From a candidate division WOR-3 bacterium (GTDB lineage: Bacteria; SDB-A): a stretch of 64,000 bases of DNA. Made by a program: the position numbers and the translations under genes. Where the stretch lies: NCBI GenBank assembly GCA_016934535.1, contig JAFGSQ010000056.1:1-64000 (forward strand), given 5' to 3'. Positions within the stretch are counted from its first letter, which is position 1; every line of letters begins with the position of its first letter. Shown here one piece after another: positions 47,579 through 57,211 of this stretch. Under the pieces are notes generated by a model. It ran no database searches. It had not been told where the DNA came from and saw nothing but the letters and a program-made list of their open reading frames with translations.

Positions 47579-49545
47579 ACACTGTTACGGAAAAAATCTA
47601 CAGCATTGATTACGAAAAACAGTTGAACGCAGAGCAGATGAAAGCGGTCACGCATCTCGAAGGACCTCTTCTCGTCATAGCTGGAGCCGGCAGCGGAAAG
47701 ACGCGAACTCTCGTTTATAGGGTCGCCTTTCTTGTAGAAAACAGAATTGACGCCAGAAACGTCCTCCTGCTTACTTTCACGAGGAAAGCCGCGCAGGAAA
47801 TGCTGAGGAGAGCATCTTCACTTCTCGACGAAAGATGCTCCCGGGTTGCCGGAGGTACATACCATTCCTTCGCATGTCTGATTCTAAGAAAGAACGCGGA
47901 AAAAATAGGTTACGGCTCAGGTTTTTCAATTCTTGACAGATCCGATTCAGAAGACCTGATCAACCTTCTGAGATCGGAAATGAAATTTTCGTCAAAAGAA
48001 ACCAGATTTCCGAGAAAAAACACTCTGGGCGACATCTTCAGCAAGGCGGCGAACTGCCTGACCGACGCGACAACGATTGTAGAGAGGCATTATCCGCAGT
48101 TTTCCCATTTGGCCGAAGATATCGAATCTCTGAGATTCAAATACGAAGACAACAAGAAGAACAGCCTTCTCATGGATTACGACGACCTTCTCGTCAATCT
48201 TAAAAAACTGCTGGAACAAAAAGAGGAGACGAGAAAAAAACTCAGTTCTTTTTTCAGGTACATAATGGTGGACGAATATCAGGACACTAACAAAATTCAA
48301 TCCTCTATCACGGCTCTTCTCGCTTCAGAACATCAGAATGTAATGGCAGTTGGAGACGATTCCCAGAGCATATACTCTTTCAGAGGGGCGAATTTCAAAA
48401 ATATAATGGATTTTCCCAATATTTTTCCGGGGACAAAAATTGTGACTATTGAGGAAAATTACAGGAGCACTCAGCCGATTTTGAATCTGACTAACGAAAT
48501 AATCCGTTTCGCCGCCGAAAAATATTCGAAAAAGCTTAGGACCGAAATCAAGGGAGGGAGAAAGCCTCTTTTTATAGAAGCCAAAGACGAAAACGATCAG
48601 TCCCGATACATCTGCGGCAGAATACTCGACCTGCGCGAAGAAGGCGTCCGCCTGAACGACATCGCGGTCCTGTTCAGAGCCGGGTGGCATTCTAACGACC
48701 TGGAACTCGAATTGAGAAAATTCGGACTGCCTTTCAGGAAGTATGGAGGCATAAAATTCACGGAGGCTTCGCACGTAAAAGATGTCCTCGCTTTTCTCAA
48801 AGCTCTCAGCAATCCGAGAGATTCTGTCAGCTGGTTCAGATGTTTGAAACTCATCGAAGGAGTGGGCGACAAAACTTCAAAAATGATATGGGAAAAAATT
48901 GCCGAAAAAGGAAGCATAGAAAAAATTGACGAGTCTCTTTACGCTTCCAAAACTTACAAAGAGGATATTTTGGGGCTCAAAAAACTGTCTTCTTTAGTCA
49001 ACGACGGAGCCGTTTCGGCTTCGGAATGCGTGAGGGAAGTTCTCGATTTTTACAGGAACGCATTTACGAAAATATACAGCGAGGACTATTCAAAAAGAGC
49101 CAACGACCTCGATTCCCTCGCTCTCGTGGCGGAAAGATATTCGGGTCTCGAAGAATTTCTTACCGATCTGACTCTCGAACCCATCGAAAGAAGTCAGATA
49201 GGCGCCATGAGAGAAAACAGCGACGACGAGATACTGACGCTTTCAACTATACATTCAGCCAAGGGTCTTGAGTGGCATTCAGTTTTCATTCTACACCTCG
49301 CAGACGGATATTTTCCTTCTTCTTATTGTTTTGAGGAACCCGACGAATTGGAAGAGGAAAGACGGCTTCTTTACGTCGCCGCGACGAGAGCCAAGAGGAA
49401 TCTTTTTCTGGTCAAACCCGGTTATCTCAATCCGGCGAGGAATTATTATGGTTTCAGTTATTTCAGCACTTCTCAGGTTTCAAGGTTTCTGGCCGAAGGC
49501 AGAATACTGGAGGATTTTGTTGAAAGGAAATCGGCCGATGTTTAA
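47575..49545 (+). CDS. UvrD/PcrA/Rep family ATP-dependent helicase
   Basis: IAGAGSGKT, TFTRKAA, VDEYQDTN, VGDDSQSIYSFRGA, ENYRS, TIHSAKGLEW, EERRLLYVAATRA. Confidence 0.95.
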   Translation: MNTVTEKIYSIDYEKQLNAEQMKAVTHLEGPLLVIAGAGSGKTRTLVYRVAFLVENRIDARNVLLLTFTRKAAQEMLRRASSLLDERCSRVAGGTYHSFACLILRKNAEKIGYGSGFSILDRSDSEDLINLLRSEMKFSSKETRFPRKNTLGDIFSKAANCLTDATTIVERHYPQFSHLAEDIESLRFKYEDNKKNSLLMDYDDLLVNLKKLLEQKEETRKKLSSFFRYIMVDEYQDTNKIQSSITALLASEHQNVMAVGDDSQSIYSFRGANFKNIMDFPNIFPGTKIVTIEENYRSTQPILNLTNEIIRFAAEKYSKKLRTEIKGGRKPLFIEAKDENDQSRYICGRILDLREEGVRLNDIAVLFRAGWHSNDLELELRKFGLPFRKYGGIKFTEASHVKDVLAFLKALSNPRDSVSWFRCLKLIEGVGDKTSKMIWEKIAEKGSIEKIDESLYASKTYKEDILGLKKLSSLVNDGAVSASECVREVLDFYRNAFTKIYSEDYSKRANDLDSLALVAERYSGLEEFLTDLTLEPIERSQIGAMRENSDDEILTLSTIHSAKGLEWHSVFILHLADGYFPSSYCFEEPDELEEERRLLYVAATRAKRNLFLVKPGYLNPARNYYGFSYFSTSQVSRFLAEGRILEDFVERKSADV

Positions 49546-50476
49546 AAACGGCGTTGCGGAACTGGTCTTCAAAACGAAAAAAGGTCTGAAAAAGTTCGGC
49601 GCGGAAATTTCAGGGGAAAAGCAAATTGCCAACGGAGTGCAGTTTTTCGTAAAAAGTTCATGCGGTTCGGGTTACGTAAGGGTATACAGCAACAGAAAAA
49701 AAGGCGTACAAATTGACTGCTCCCAGCTCGACAGCGAAGAACTTGCTCAAGCTGTCAAAGACATAGGAAATGGAGTTGATCCCGAAACCAATCAGAAGAC
49801 TCCGGTAATTGAATATCCGCTCGTGGGATGTGACGAGTCCGGAAAAGGAGATTTGTTCGGACCTCTCGTATGCGCGGCGGTTTTCGCCAGCGAAGAGACT
49901 TCGAAAAAGCTTGCGATGATGGGAGTGAGAGATTCAAAATTGAACACAGATAAAAAAAACATTTGTCTGGCCGAAGAATTGAATTCTTTCCTCGGCTCCA
50001 AATGCGAAACATTAATTCTCGTTCCGGGCAAGTACAACGAGATTTACGCCGAATACTCGCGAAAGTCAAAGACCCTCAACGACGTTTTGTGTTTTTGTCA
50101 CGAAAAAACCACAGGACATCTCGTTAAAAGACATGTCCCGAAAACAATAATCGTCGATAAATTTTCTTCGGGCTGTTCTTTTGATAAAAGCTTTGCCGGA
50201 AAAACCAGGTTTTTTTTTCGGGCCGAAAATATACCGGCCGTCGCGGCGGCATCGATCCTGGCAAGAGCGGCATTTCTCGGGGAGATAGAAAAAATGTCCC
50301 GTAAATACGGCGTGAAAATTCCTCTCGGATCGTCGGACGCCGCGTTTGAAACAGCCGTAAAAATTGCAAAAAAATACGGCGTTATGGAAATGCAAAAGAC
50401 GGTAAAAATGAATTTCAGAACGGCTCAAAGGGCACTCGAATCGGCCGCCTCGACAAACAAACTGTTTTCAGAGTAA
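49538..50476 (+). CDS. rnhC: ribonuclease HIII
   Basis: GCDESGKGDLFGPL, GVRDSK, IVDKF, AVAAASILAR; N-terminal extra domain; start re-set to ATG 49538. Confidence 0.88.
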   Translation: MFKNGVAELVFKTKKGLKKFGAEISGEKQIANGVQFFVKSSCGSGYVRVYSNRKKGVQIDCSQLDSEELAQAVKDIGNGVDPETNQKTPVIEYPLVGCDESGKGDLFGPLVCAAVFASEETSKKLAMMGVRDSKLNTDKKNICLAEELNSFLGSKCETLILVPGKYNEIYAEYSRKSKTLNDVLCFCHEKTTGHLVKRHVPKTIIVDKFSSGCSFDKSFAGKTRFFFRAENIPAVAAASILARAAFLGEIEKMSRKYGVKIPLGSSDAAFETAVKIAKKYGVMEMQKTVKMNFRTAQRALESAASTNKLFSE

Positions 50477-50525
50477 AATTGGTTTTTCAAACCTTGGTCA
50501 TTACAGCTTTTAAAAAGGAGTTTTG

Positions 50526-51824
50526 ATGCCTGCCACCGCTGTCGTCGGAGCCAATTGGGGAGACGAGGGAAAAGGCAAAATGACTGATTATTTTGCCAAG
50601 AATTCGGACGTCGTCGTCAGATATCAGGGCGGAAACAACGCGGGACACACTATCATAAACGATTACGGCAAGTTTGCCCTTCATCTTCTTCCTTCGGGTG
50701 TGTTTTACAAACACGTCACCAATGTTCTCGGACCCGGAGTGGCCTTAAACGTCCGCAGTTTCATAAATGAACTCGAAACACTTCGGAAAAATGGAGTGCC
50801 TGAACCGGACGTAATTGTCTCAGACAGAGCGCAGATAGTTATGCCGTATCATGTTCTTTTCGACGAGTGCGAGGAAGAACGGCTCAAAGACAGGAAATTC
50901 GGTTCGACGAAATCGGGTATAGCTCCATTTTATTCCGATAAATATTTAAAAACAGGAGTTGAAGCCTCACTGCTTTTCGACGAAGAAGGATTGGCGACGG
51001 CCGTAAAAAAAGCGGTGGAGATAAAGAATGTTTTCCTGAAAAATTTGTACGGCAAAGATCTTTTGAACGCAGACCCGATACTGGATGAAATGCTGATACA
51101 GGGAAAAATGATTGAACCCTATCTCAGGGACACGACCGAATATTTTAACGAAGCGCTTAAGAAAAAGAAAAAAATTCTGCTCGAAGGCCAGCTCGGCACT
51201 CTGAGAGATCCCGACCACGGCATATACCCGTATTCGACGTCTTCATCGCCTCTCGCAGGTTTTGCTTCGGTCGGAGCCGGAATCCCGCCTTACGAAATAA
51301 CCGAGATAATAGCGGTCGTAAAAGCTTACTCATCCTGTGTAGGAAACGGACCGTTTACGACCGAGATATTCGAAGAAGAAGCCGAAGAGCTGAGAAAGCG
51401 CGGAGGAGACGCAGGGGAATACGGAGCCACTACTGGAAGACCCCGCAGGATGGGCTGGTTCGACTGCGTCGCAACTAGATACGGATGCAAAGTCCAGGGG
51501 GCGACTCAGGCCGTCCTGACTAATCTCGACGTTCTCGGATATTTAGACGAAATACCTGTCTGCACTGCCTATGAAACGACAAGAGGATTGATGAAAAATT
51601 TCCCGACGACTTCCATTCTCGAGAAAGCGGTTCCCGTTTTCGAGAAAATGCCCGGATGGAAAAGCGATATATCAAAAGTCGGAAAATTCCGCGACCTGCC
51701 TGAGAATGCAAAAAATTACGTGGAAAGAATAGAAAAAGAAATCGGCGTCAGAGTATCATGGGTTTCGGTGGGACCAAGGCGCGCCGAACTCATAGAGAGA
51801 GACGGCGCGCGTATTTTCAGCTGA
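50526..51824 (+). CDS. purA: adenylosuccinate synthetase
   Basis: GANWGDEGKGK, RYQGGNNAGHT, LHLLPSG, EYGATTGRPRR; SD AAGGAG. Confidence 0.97.
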   Translation: MPATAVVGANWGDEGKGKMTDYFAKNSDVVVRYQGGNNAGHTIINDYGKFALHLLPSGVFYKHVTNVLGPGVALNVRSFINELETLRKNGVPEPDVIVSDRAQIVMPYHVLFDECEEERLKDRKFGSTKSGIAPFYSDKYLKTGVEASLLFDEEGLATAVKKAVEIKNVFLKNLYGKDLLNADPILDEMLIQGKMIEPYLRDTTEYFNEALKKKKKILLEGQLGTLRDPDHGIYPYSTSSSPLAGFASVGAGIPPYEITEIIAVVKAYSSCVGNGPFTTEIFEEEAEELRKRGGDAGEYGATTGRPRRMGWFDCVATRYGCKVQGATQAVLTNLDVLGYLDEIPVCTAYETTRGLMKNFPTTSILEKAVPVFEKMPGWKSDISKVGKFRDLPENAKNYVERIEKEIGVRVSWVSVGPRRAELIERDGARIFS

Positions 51825-51830
51825 TCAACT

Positions 51831-52760
51831 TCAGAAAAGGGAGAGATAAATTTTGGCTCTTTCTTCAGCCGGACCTTTCATTCCAGTGTAAAAATTCGTG
51901 AATGTTATTGTTCCGCCGTTTGTCCCTCCTTCGTTCCATCTGAAGGCGACGGGCGAATCTGAAAGCCATTGTCCGCCTTCAACCGGAACCGTAGCCCTTA
52001 TGAGGACTGTTATACCGGTCTGAACCATGCTTATCGGAACATAGGGCATTGTAAATACCACAGACAGGGTTCCTCCGACATAGGATGACAGCGAGGATTC
52101 TAGTTCGATGTTAGTCGCCGTTCCTGCAACGCCGTCCGTCGAATGTCTTTCAAACTGTTGAGGGAACATGGCCAAAAGCCATGTGTATGCGCTGCTCGAA
52201 GCGTAGAGGTGGTTTCCCTGCTGTTCCGCCCAGTTTTTAAGTTCTGTGGGCTGTGAGGGGGGGGTGTAACCGCTGTCAGAGACCAGGAATATGTATTTCC
52301 TTCCGTTTATGTCTGAAGCGCTCAGGTTGTGAAGTCTGACAGAATCGTAAACTATTCCGGCGCTGTTTAAGACGGACGTCAGTTCATCCCAGAAATCGCC
52401 GCCGTATACAACCAGAAAATAGCTTCTTGCGGGAACTGAAGAATATAGAGTTCTCGACGAAGTATCGTTTTTGACTACCGTCACCGTAACCGATGCCGTG
52501 AAGACTCCCATTGTAGCGGTGAGGACTTGATCGCCCTCCGGGACATTTTGAAGGAAGAAATAACCATCCGCTGCTGTCGTGGTGCTTATACTGCCGATGG
52601 ACACGGTCGCTCCGGGAACTGCAAAACCTCCCGAAGGCAGTCTGAAATATCCGTCAACGCAACCGGCGTTGGCTGGTTGCGTGGGAGAAGAGCTCTTCGT
52701 ACAGGAAGAAAAAGCTATAAGAGCCGTTGCCGCCAGCAAGAGAGTTAAAATATTTCTCAC
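51831..52760 (-). CDS. lipoprotein with carboxypeptidase-regulatory-like domain
   Basis: Lipobox-like FSSC; VPGATV..TTAADGYFFLQNVPEG; SD AGGAGG and GTG start. Confidence 0.75.
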   Translation of the reverse strand: MRNILTLLLAATALIAFSSCTKSSSPTQPANAGCVDGYFRLPSGGFAVPGATVSIGSISTTTAADGYFFLQNVPEGDQVLTATMGVFTASVTVTVVKNDTSSRTLYSSVPARSYFLVVYGGDFWDELTSVLNSAGIVYDSVRLHNLSASDINGRKYIFLVSDSGYTPPSQPTELKNWAEQQGNHLYASSSAYTWLLAMFPQQFERHSTDGVAGTATNIELESSLSSYVGGTLSVVFTMPYVPISMVQTGITVLIRATVPVEGGQWLSDSPVAFRWNEGGTNGGTITFTNFYTGMKGPAEERAKIYLSLF

Positions 52761-52842
52761 GAAGCCTCCTTTTTTTTAAATAAGGTTATTGTAAAGCATT
52801 ATATCACGAAAGAGGTTTCGGCAGAACACTGAGCAACGGGTT

Positions 52843-53967
52843 TCATTTTACGGCAGTGAAAAGATCGCTGACAGAAATATTGTAGTGCAGTCTGTTTATT
52901 GTCGAAGCGAACCTCTTTGAAAGATTGTGTACTTTGACGAAATCAAGTTCGAGTATTTCCGGAATCTGGGGAATCGTGTCAGTGACGTGCATTTCGGTCA
53001 GCCCGAATTTTTCGTGAGCCTCAATAAGGCCGGGAATGTGATTCTTTTTAATCTTGAGATGGGAAATAGCGACATATATATCTTCTATTCCGTGGTTTGT
53101 TTTAAGATTTTTTACAACGTTCAAAAATGAACTTCCGGTGACCGTTTCGTCATCAATGATCAGTGCGGTCTTTTTCCCCTCGAGATCGCCTATTACTCCG
53201 AGCATGTCGGATTTGTCCTTGGCGTGTCTGAATTTATTCACTATCGCGTGAGAGATTCCCATGGCGTCGGCAAAATGAATGGTGAACTTGGCTCCTCCCG
53301 AATCAGTCGAGACTGCCACTGCTTCTTTCAATTTTCTGAACTTGCTGAAAATCTCGAGAAAAAGATCAAGTCCGCTGAGTGCGACCAGTGTCATGTCAGG
53401 CTCGTAGAGCCCGAAAATAGAGAGAGCATGAAGATGATACGTCAGATGGATGTTTGCTCCCGCCACTTTCAGCTGGTCAGCGAAAAGCTTCGCGAGAGTC
53501 GCTTCTCTCTGCATGAAAGTCGGTTTGTCCTGTCTTGAATAAGGTGAATAAGGCGTGACAACAGTTATGTTCTGGGCTCTGTGGGCTTTCAGCGTCCTTA
53601 CGGCCTGAAGAAGCTGTTGAAGGTTTTCGTTGACTGTGTTACCCGAGGTGTTTTCGTGGATGCATTGAAATACGAAAGCGTTTGATCCTGCGACGTGTCT
53701 TGTCAAGCGCGGACATGTTTCCATGTCCTGAAATATCATTGTAAGTGGCGCTTCCTGCGTTCCTATCAAGGGAATGTCTTTCAGGTCACTGCCGTTTATT
53801 CTGAGCATTTCTTCGTATTGCTTTTTGACATCGGCCGCCAGAGAAATTCCCGAATTGCATGCGACGAAAAGAAGCCATCCGTTAGGGCCGAGAAGAAGGC
53901 GGCTTTTTGTCTTTTCGAATCTTTCAGGGGCAATGAAATTTTGGCTGAACTTGTCCATGTTTATCAT
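52843..53967 (-). CDS. prs: ribose-phosphate pyrophosphokinase family protein (divergent)
   Basis: FQDME, VNENL, PYSPYSRQDK, HLHA, VSTDSGG, NKFR, IIDDETVTG, SVSDLF. Confidence 0.82.
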   Translation of the reverse strand: MINMDKFSQNFIAPERFEKTKSRLLLGPNGWLLFVACNSGISLAADVKKQYEEMLRINGSDLKDIPLIGTQEAPLTMIFQDMETCPRLTRHVAGSNAFVFQCIHENTSGNTVNENLQQLLQAVRTLKAHRAQNITVVTPYSPYSRQDKPTFMQREATLAKLFADQLKVAGANIHLTYHLHALSIFGLYEPDMTLVALSGLDLFLEIFSKFRKLKEAVAVSTDSGGAKFTIHFADAMGISHAIVNKFRHAKDKSDMLGVIGDLEGKKTALIIDDETVTGSSFLNVVKNLKTNHGIEDIYVAISHLKIKKNHIPGLIEAHEKFGLTEMHVTDTIPQIPEILELDFVKVHNLSKRFASTINRLHYNISVSDLFTAVK

Positions 53968-53985
53968 GATTTTACCTCCGAATTA

Positions 53986-55350
53986 TTAACCGTTCCCAGC
54001 TAACTTCGTGTATGATCTGTAAAAATCGAGCTTGTAGCCGTGAGAAGAAACAATTTTCCTGTAAGGAATGAACAAATATGCGTTTGCCAGAGCTCTTCCC
54101 AAAACTACCGCCGCCGCCGCCGAGTAAATACCTATTGGATTGAAAAGTTTTTGCGACAAAGTCATAATAAGCCCTATAAAAATGACCTCCAGAACAGTTG
54201 CGACAGTGATCGGGTATGTAAGCCTGGAATTGACGAGAACTGATCTTTGCCACGCCAGGAGAGTCGTCAGAGCCGGCATAAAAGATAGAATTGAAAACGG
54301 GACTATGGTGATTAGAAGAAGTTCGTCTGTGAGAAAGGACACATGTTTAAACCATAGAATTACGAGAGGAGTTACAGATATGATAGCGGGGATTACACTT
54401 GTAATCAGACCGAGTTTGAAAGCAAAATTTCTCAGAGGTATGAAGTTTTCGTATTTTTTACCTAAAAGAGCGAGACCAGCTTCCTGAAAAGAGAGTCCGA
54501 AACTTCTGAAAATAAAAATAAATCCGTTTATGACAGGTAAAACGGCGAGAGATTCGATGGTCATTCTCGATTTGGCCATGAAAAAAGTGAGAAGAGGATT
54601 AATGCCGAGGATGAGATAGGAAGTCAGTGCGAGAGGATAGTAAAATGATAATATCTCTCTAAAAGAAAGATATTTTCCGTCCGATTCGATAGATGTCACG
54701 CTCTTGACTGCTTTTATGCTCATTATGCGGGTGGCAATAGATTCCAGAATCACTCCGGCTGAAAGAGAAGCCGCGCCGACGCACGCGCCCGGAATTTCGG
54801 AAAAAAGAAACAAAAGAAATCCGGTAATAGACATAGTTGAAAGCCTTACAAAAGTTCCCGCCGCAACTTTTTTAGTCTGGCCTGATCGAATCAGAATACC
54901 CTGATAAAACCTTCTGTATCCTATCGCACCCGCCCAAGGGATCATGATTATTGAAGAAGCGTGAGCCAGGGAAGCTATTTCGTCGTTGAGGTTGAGGACT
55001 TTCCGGGAGATAAAACTAAAAACCGGAGGCAGATTTAAAATGACATGAAGCAATGTCACGGATATTATCAGAGTAACAATAAAATTTCTCAGTTTTAAAT
55101 ATTTATTTCTGTCGCTGACAAGAGCAACAGAAGCCGAAAGAATCATAACTACAGGAGCTTCGACGAGCATGGCTATTGCGAAAGCCACTCCGTAAGCGGC
55201 CAGGTTGAATTTTGCGTCATGAATTCTTCCTATTATGGCGGTTATGAAAGGTGCTTCAGCCGCCATCATCAGCCAGGTGAAAGAAAGAGGGATCCAGAAA
55301 ACGATAATTTCTTTTGTAGTAATGCCGTTGCTTACGGAGTCTTTTGACAT
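53986..55350 (-). CDS. ANKH-like / MATE-superfamily 12-TM transporter
   Basis: Two related halves (FWIPLSFT / FYYPLALT), LAAYGVAF, QGILIR; start re-set to ATG 55350. Confidence 0.72.
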   Translation of the reverse strand: MSKDSVSNGITTKEIIVFWIPLSFTWLMMAAEAPFITAIIGRIHDAKFNLAAYGVAFAIAMLVEAPVVMILSASVALVSDRNKYLKLRNFIVTLIISVTLLHVILNLPPVFSFISRKVLNLNDEIASLAHASSIIMIPWAGAIGYRRFYQGILIRSGQTKKVAAGTFVRLSTMSITGFLLFLFSEIPGACVGAASLSAGVILESIATRIMSIKAVKSVTSIESDGKYLSFREILSFYYPLALTSYLILGINPLLTFFMAKSRMTIESLAVLPVINGFIFIFRSFGLSFQEAGLALLGKKYENFIPLRNFAFKLGLITSVIPAIISVTPLVILWFKHVSFLTDELLLITIVPFSILSFMPALTTLLAWQRSVLVNSRLTYPITVATVLEVIFIGLIMTLSQKLFNPIGIYSAAAAVVLGRALANAYLFIPYRKIVSSHGYKLDFYRSYTKLAGNG

Positions 55351-55379
55351 GATAAAGATTAAAATGGCTGGGTCGAACG

Positions 55380-55407
55380 TTGTCAAATCTATTTTTCATG
55401 TTATATT
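55380..55407 (+). promoter_or_regulatory. promoter for the glutaredoxin gene
   Basis: TTGTCA, 16 nt spacer, TGnTATATT. Confidence 0.45.
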
Positions 55408-55427
55408 TAGACAAAAAGGAGAAAAAA

Positions 55428-55661
55428 TTGTCAGTGAAAATTTATACTACCCCTTCATGTTCCTACTGCAATTCGGTCAAGACATATCTCAGGCAGAAAG
55501 GAATATCTTTCAGTGAAGTAGACGTCTCAAAAAATCAGGCGGCGGCAGATGAAATGGTAAGAAAGAGCAATCAGCAGGGAGTGCCGGTCATAGAAGCCAA
55601 TGGTAAAATCATAGTTGGATTCAACAAGCCTGCTCTGGACAAAGCTCTGAATTTAACATAA
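55428..55661 (+). CDS. glutaredoxin-like protein (NrdH/YruB type)
   Basis: IYTTPSCSYC, GVPVI, IVGFN; SD AAGGAG and TTG start. Confidence 0.9.
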   Translation: MSVKIYTTPSCSYCNSVKTYLRQKGISFSEVDVSKNQAAADEMVRKSNQQGVPVIEANGKIIVGFNKPALDKALNLT

Positions 55662-55670
55662 CACTGTCCA

Positions 55671-57179
55671 TTATTTCAGTATACAGTTCATAGACCCATC
55701 TGAAGGACTTTTTTCTACGGCTTTTATGCCCTTGGACACTTCGTGGTCTTCTTCGACGTGAGGGAATTTTGCCCTGACGAAATCGAAGATTTGTGTGGTT
55801 CCCTTCCCGAGTTTTTCCCTCTTGTTCTCAAGGTCGACAGCCCTTGCAGCCGTCAGCAGTTCTATGGCTATGATGCTTGAGACAAAACCTTCTGATTCCA
55901 GACACTTGAGAGCTGAGTTCGATCCGAAACTGACGTGATCCTCTCTTCCCGCCGAAGTCGGCAGTGAATCCGAAGAGCACGGATTTGCCCTGTTTTTTAC
56001 GAGGTTGAGAAGTGAAGCTGCAGTGAGGTGTGCGATCATATATCCGGACTCGACTCCCGGTTTTGACGCCAAAAAAGGAGGCAGACCGCTTCTCTTGTCG
56101 TCGAGCAGGAGGTCGGTCCTTCTCTCTGAAATGCCTGCGATGTTGGAAAGAGCTATTGCGAGCGAGTCCATGGCAAAAGCTATGGGCTGGCCGTGGAAAT
56201 TGCCGCCTGAAAGGATTTCATTTTGGTCGGGAAATACGAGCGGGTTGTCTGTTACGGAGTTTATTTCAATTTCGAGCGTCTTTTTAACCTGAGCAAGTGA
56301 GTCTTTGAGGACGCCGTGGACTTGCGGTATACATCTGAGGGAATAGGGGTCCTGAACCCGCGGGTGTGAAGAGGAATGGATGTTTTTGCTCCCAGCGCAT
56401 AGATGTCTGATGTTTTCCGCCGTTTTTATCTGTCCCTCGTAGGGTCTGAGTTCGTGGATTTTTGCGTCGAACGCTTCCGGTCTTCCGTCGAAAGCTTCGA
56501 GAGTCAGCGCTCCCGCCATGTCTCCGGAAATTGAAATATTTTTAGCTTTTTCGTACGCGAGGATTCCGACCGCAGTCATGAACTGGGTCCCGTTCAAGAG
56601 CGCGAGACCTTCCTTTGCCTTGAGGACGAGAGGTTTCAGACCGCTTTTTTCGAAGAAGGACTGCGCCTCCATTCTTTCTCCCTTGAAGTAGACAAAACCC
56701 CTTCCTATTAGTCCGAGTGTAAGATGCGCAAGAGGGGCGAGATCACCGGATGCGCCGACTGAACCGAGGGACGGGACTTCAGGGTATGCACCCGTGTTCA
56801 AAAAATCTTTTATAAGTATTAATATTTCTGGTCTGACTCCGGAATGCCCTTTGGCAAGGACGCAGGCCCTGAGGAACATCATTGCGCGGACGGCTTCTTC
56901 CGGTAAAACAGGTCCAGTTCCGCAACTGTGAGAGAGGACCAGATTCAGCTGAAGCCTGTCTATGAGATCGGGAGGTATCTTTTTTTCGGCCAGCGATCCG
57001 AATCCCGTGTTGACTCCGTAGACGGAAGTATTCCCGGAAGCTGCTTTTTCAACTGCGGCTCTCGCTTTTTTAACTTTTTCCATAGCGCTTTCGGTTACCG
57101 AAACCTCTGCTTTTTCGACGGCGACTGAGATTACGTCTTCTATTGATATGTCTTTTTCGGATAACATAACTTTTTTCAC
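55671..57179 (-). CDS. hutH: histidine ammonia-lyase
   Basis: VYGVNTGFG, LVLSHSCG, MIO triad GASGDLAPL, KEGLALLNGTQ, QDPYSLRC, GGNFHG; start likely GTG 57179 after SD GGAGG (track gives 57191). Confidence 0.96.
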   Translation of the reverse strand: MKKVMLSEKDISIEDVISVAVEKAEVSVTESAMEKVKKARAAVEKAASGNTSVYGVNTGFGSLAEKKIPPDLIDRLQLNLVLSHSCGTGPVLPEEAVRAMMFLRACVLAKGHSGVRPEILILIKDFLNTGAYPEVPSLGSVGASGDLAPLAHLTLGLIGRGFVYFKGERMEAQSFFEKSGLKPLVLKAKEGLALLNGTQFMTAVGILAYEKAKNISISGDMAGALTLEAFDGRPEAFDAKIHELRPYEGQIKTAENIRHLCAGSKNIHSSSHPRVQDPYSLRCIPQVHGVLKDSLAQVKKTLEIEINSVTDNPLVFPDQNEILSGGNFHGQPIAFAMDSLAIALSNIAGISERRTDLLLDDKRSGLPPFLASKPGVESGYMIAHLTAASLLNLVKNRANPCSSDSLPTSAGREDHVSFGSNSALKCLESEGFVSSIIAIELLTAARAVDLENKREKLGKGTTQIFDFVRAKFPHVEEDHEVSKGIKAVEKSPSDGSMNCILK

Positions 57180-57191
57180 AATTTCCTCCAT

Positions 57192-57211
57192 TCGGATGTA
57201 GTGACAAGTAT
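57192..57211. promoter_or_regulatory. HutC/GntR-like operator candidate
   Basis: TCGGATGTAGTGACAAGTAT resembles the HutC dyad (TTGTA..GACAAG) and lies between a minus-strand TATACT and the hutH SD. Confidence 0.4.

Noticed and set aside
49268-49537. Long N-terminal extension of rnhC
   Set aside because: Out-of-frame overlap with conserved helicase motifs; ATG 49538 is the plausible start
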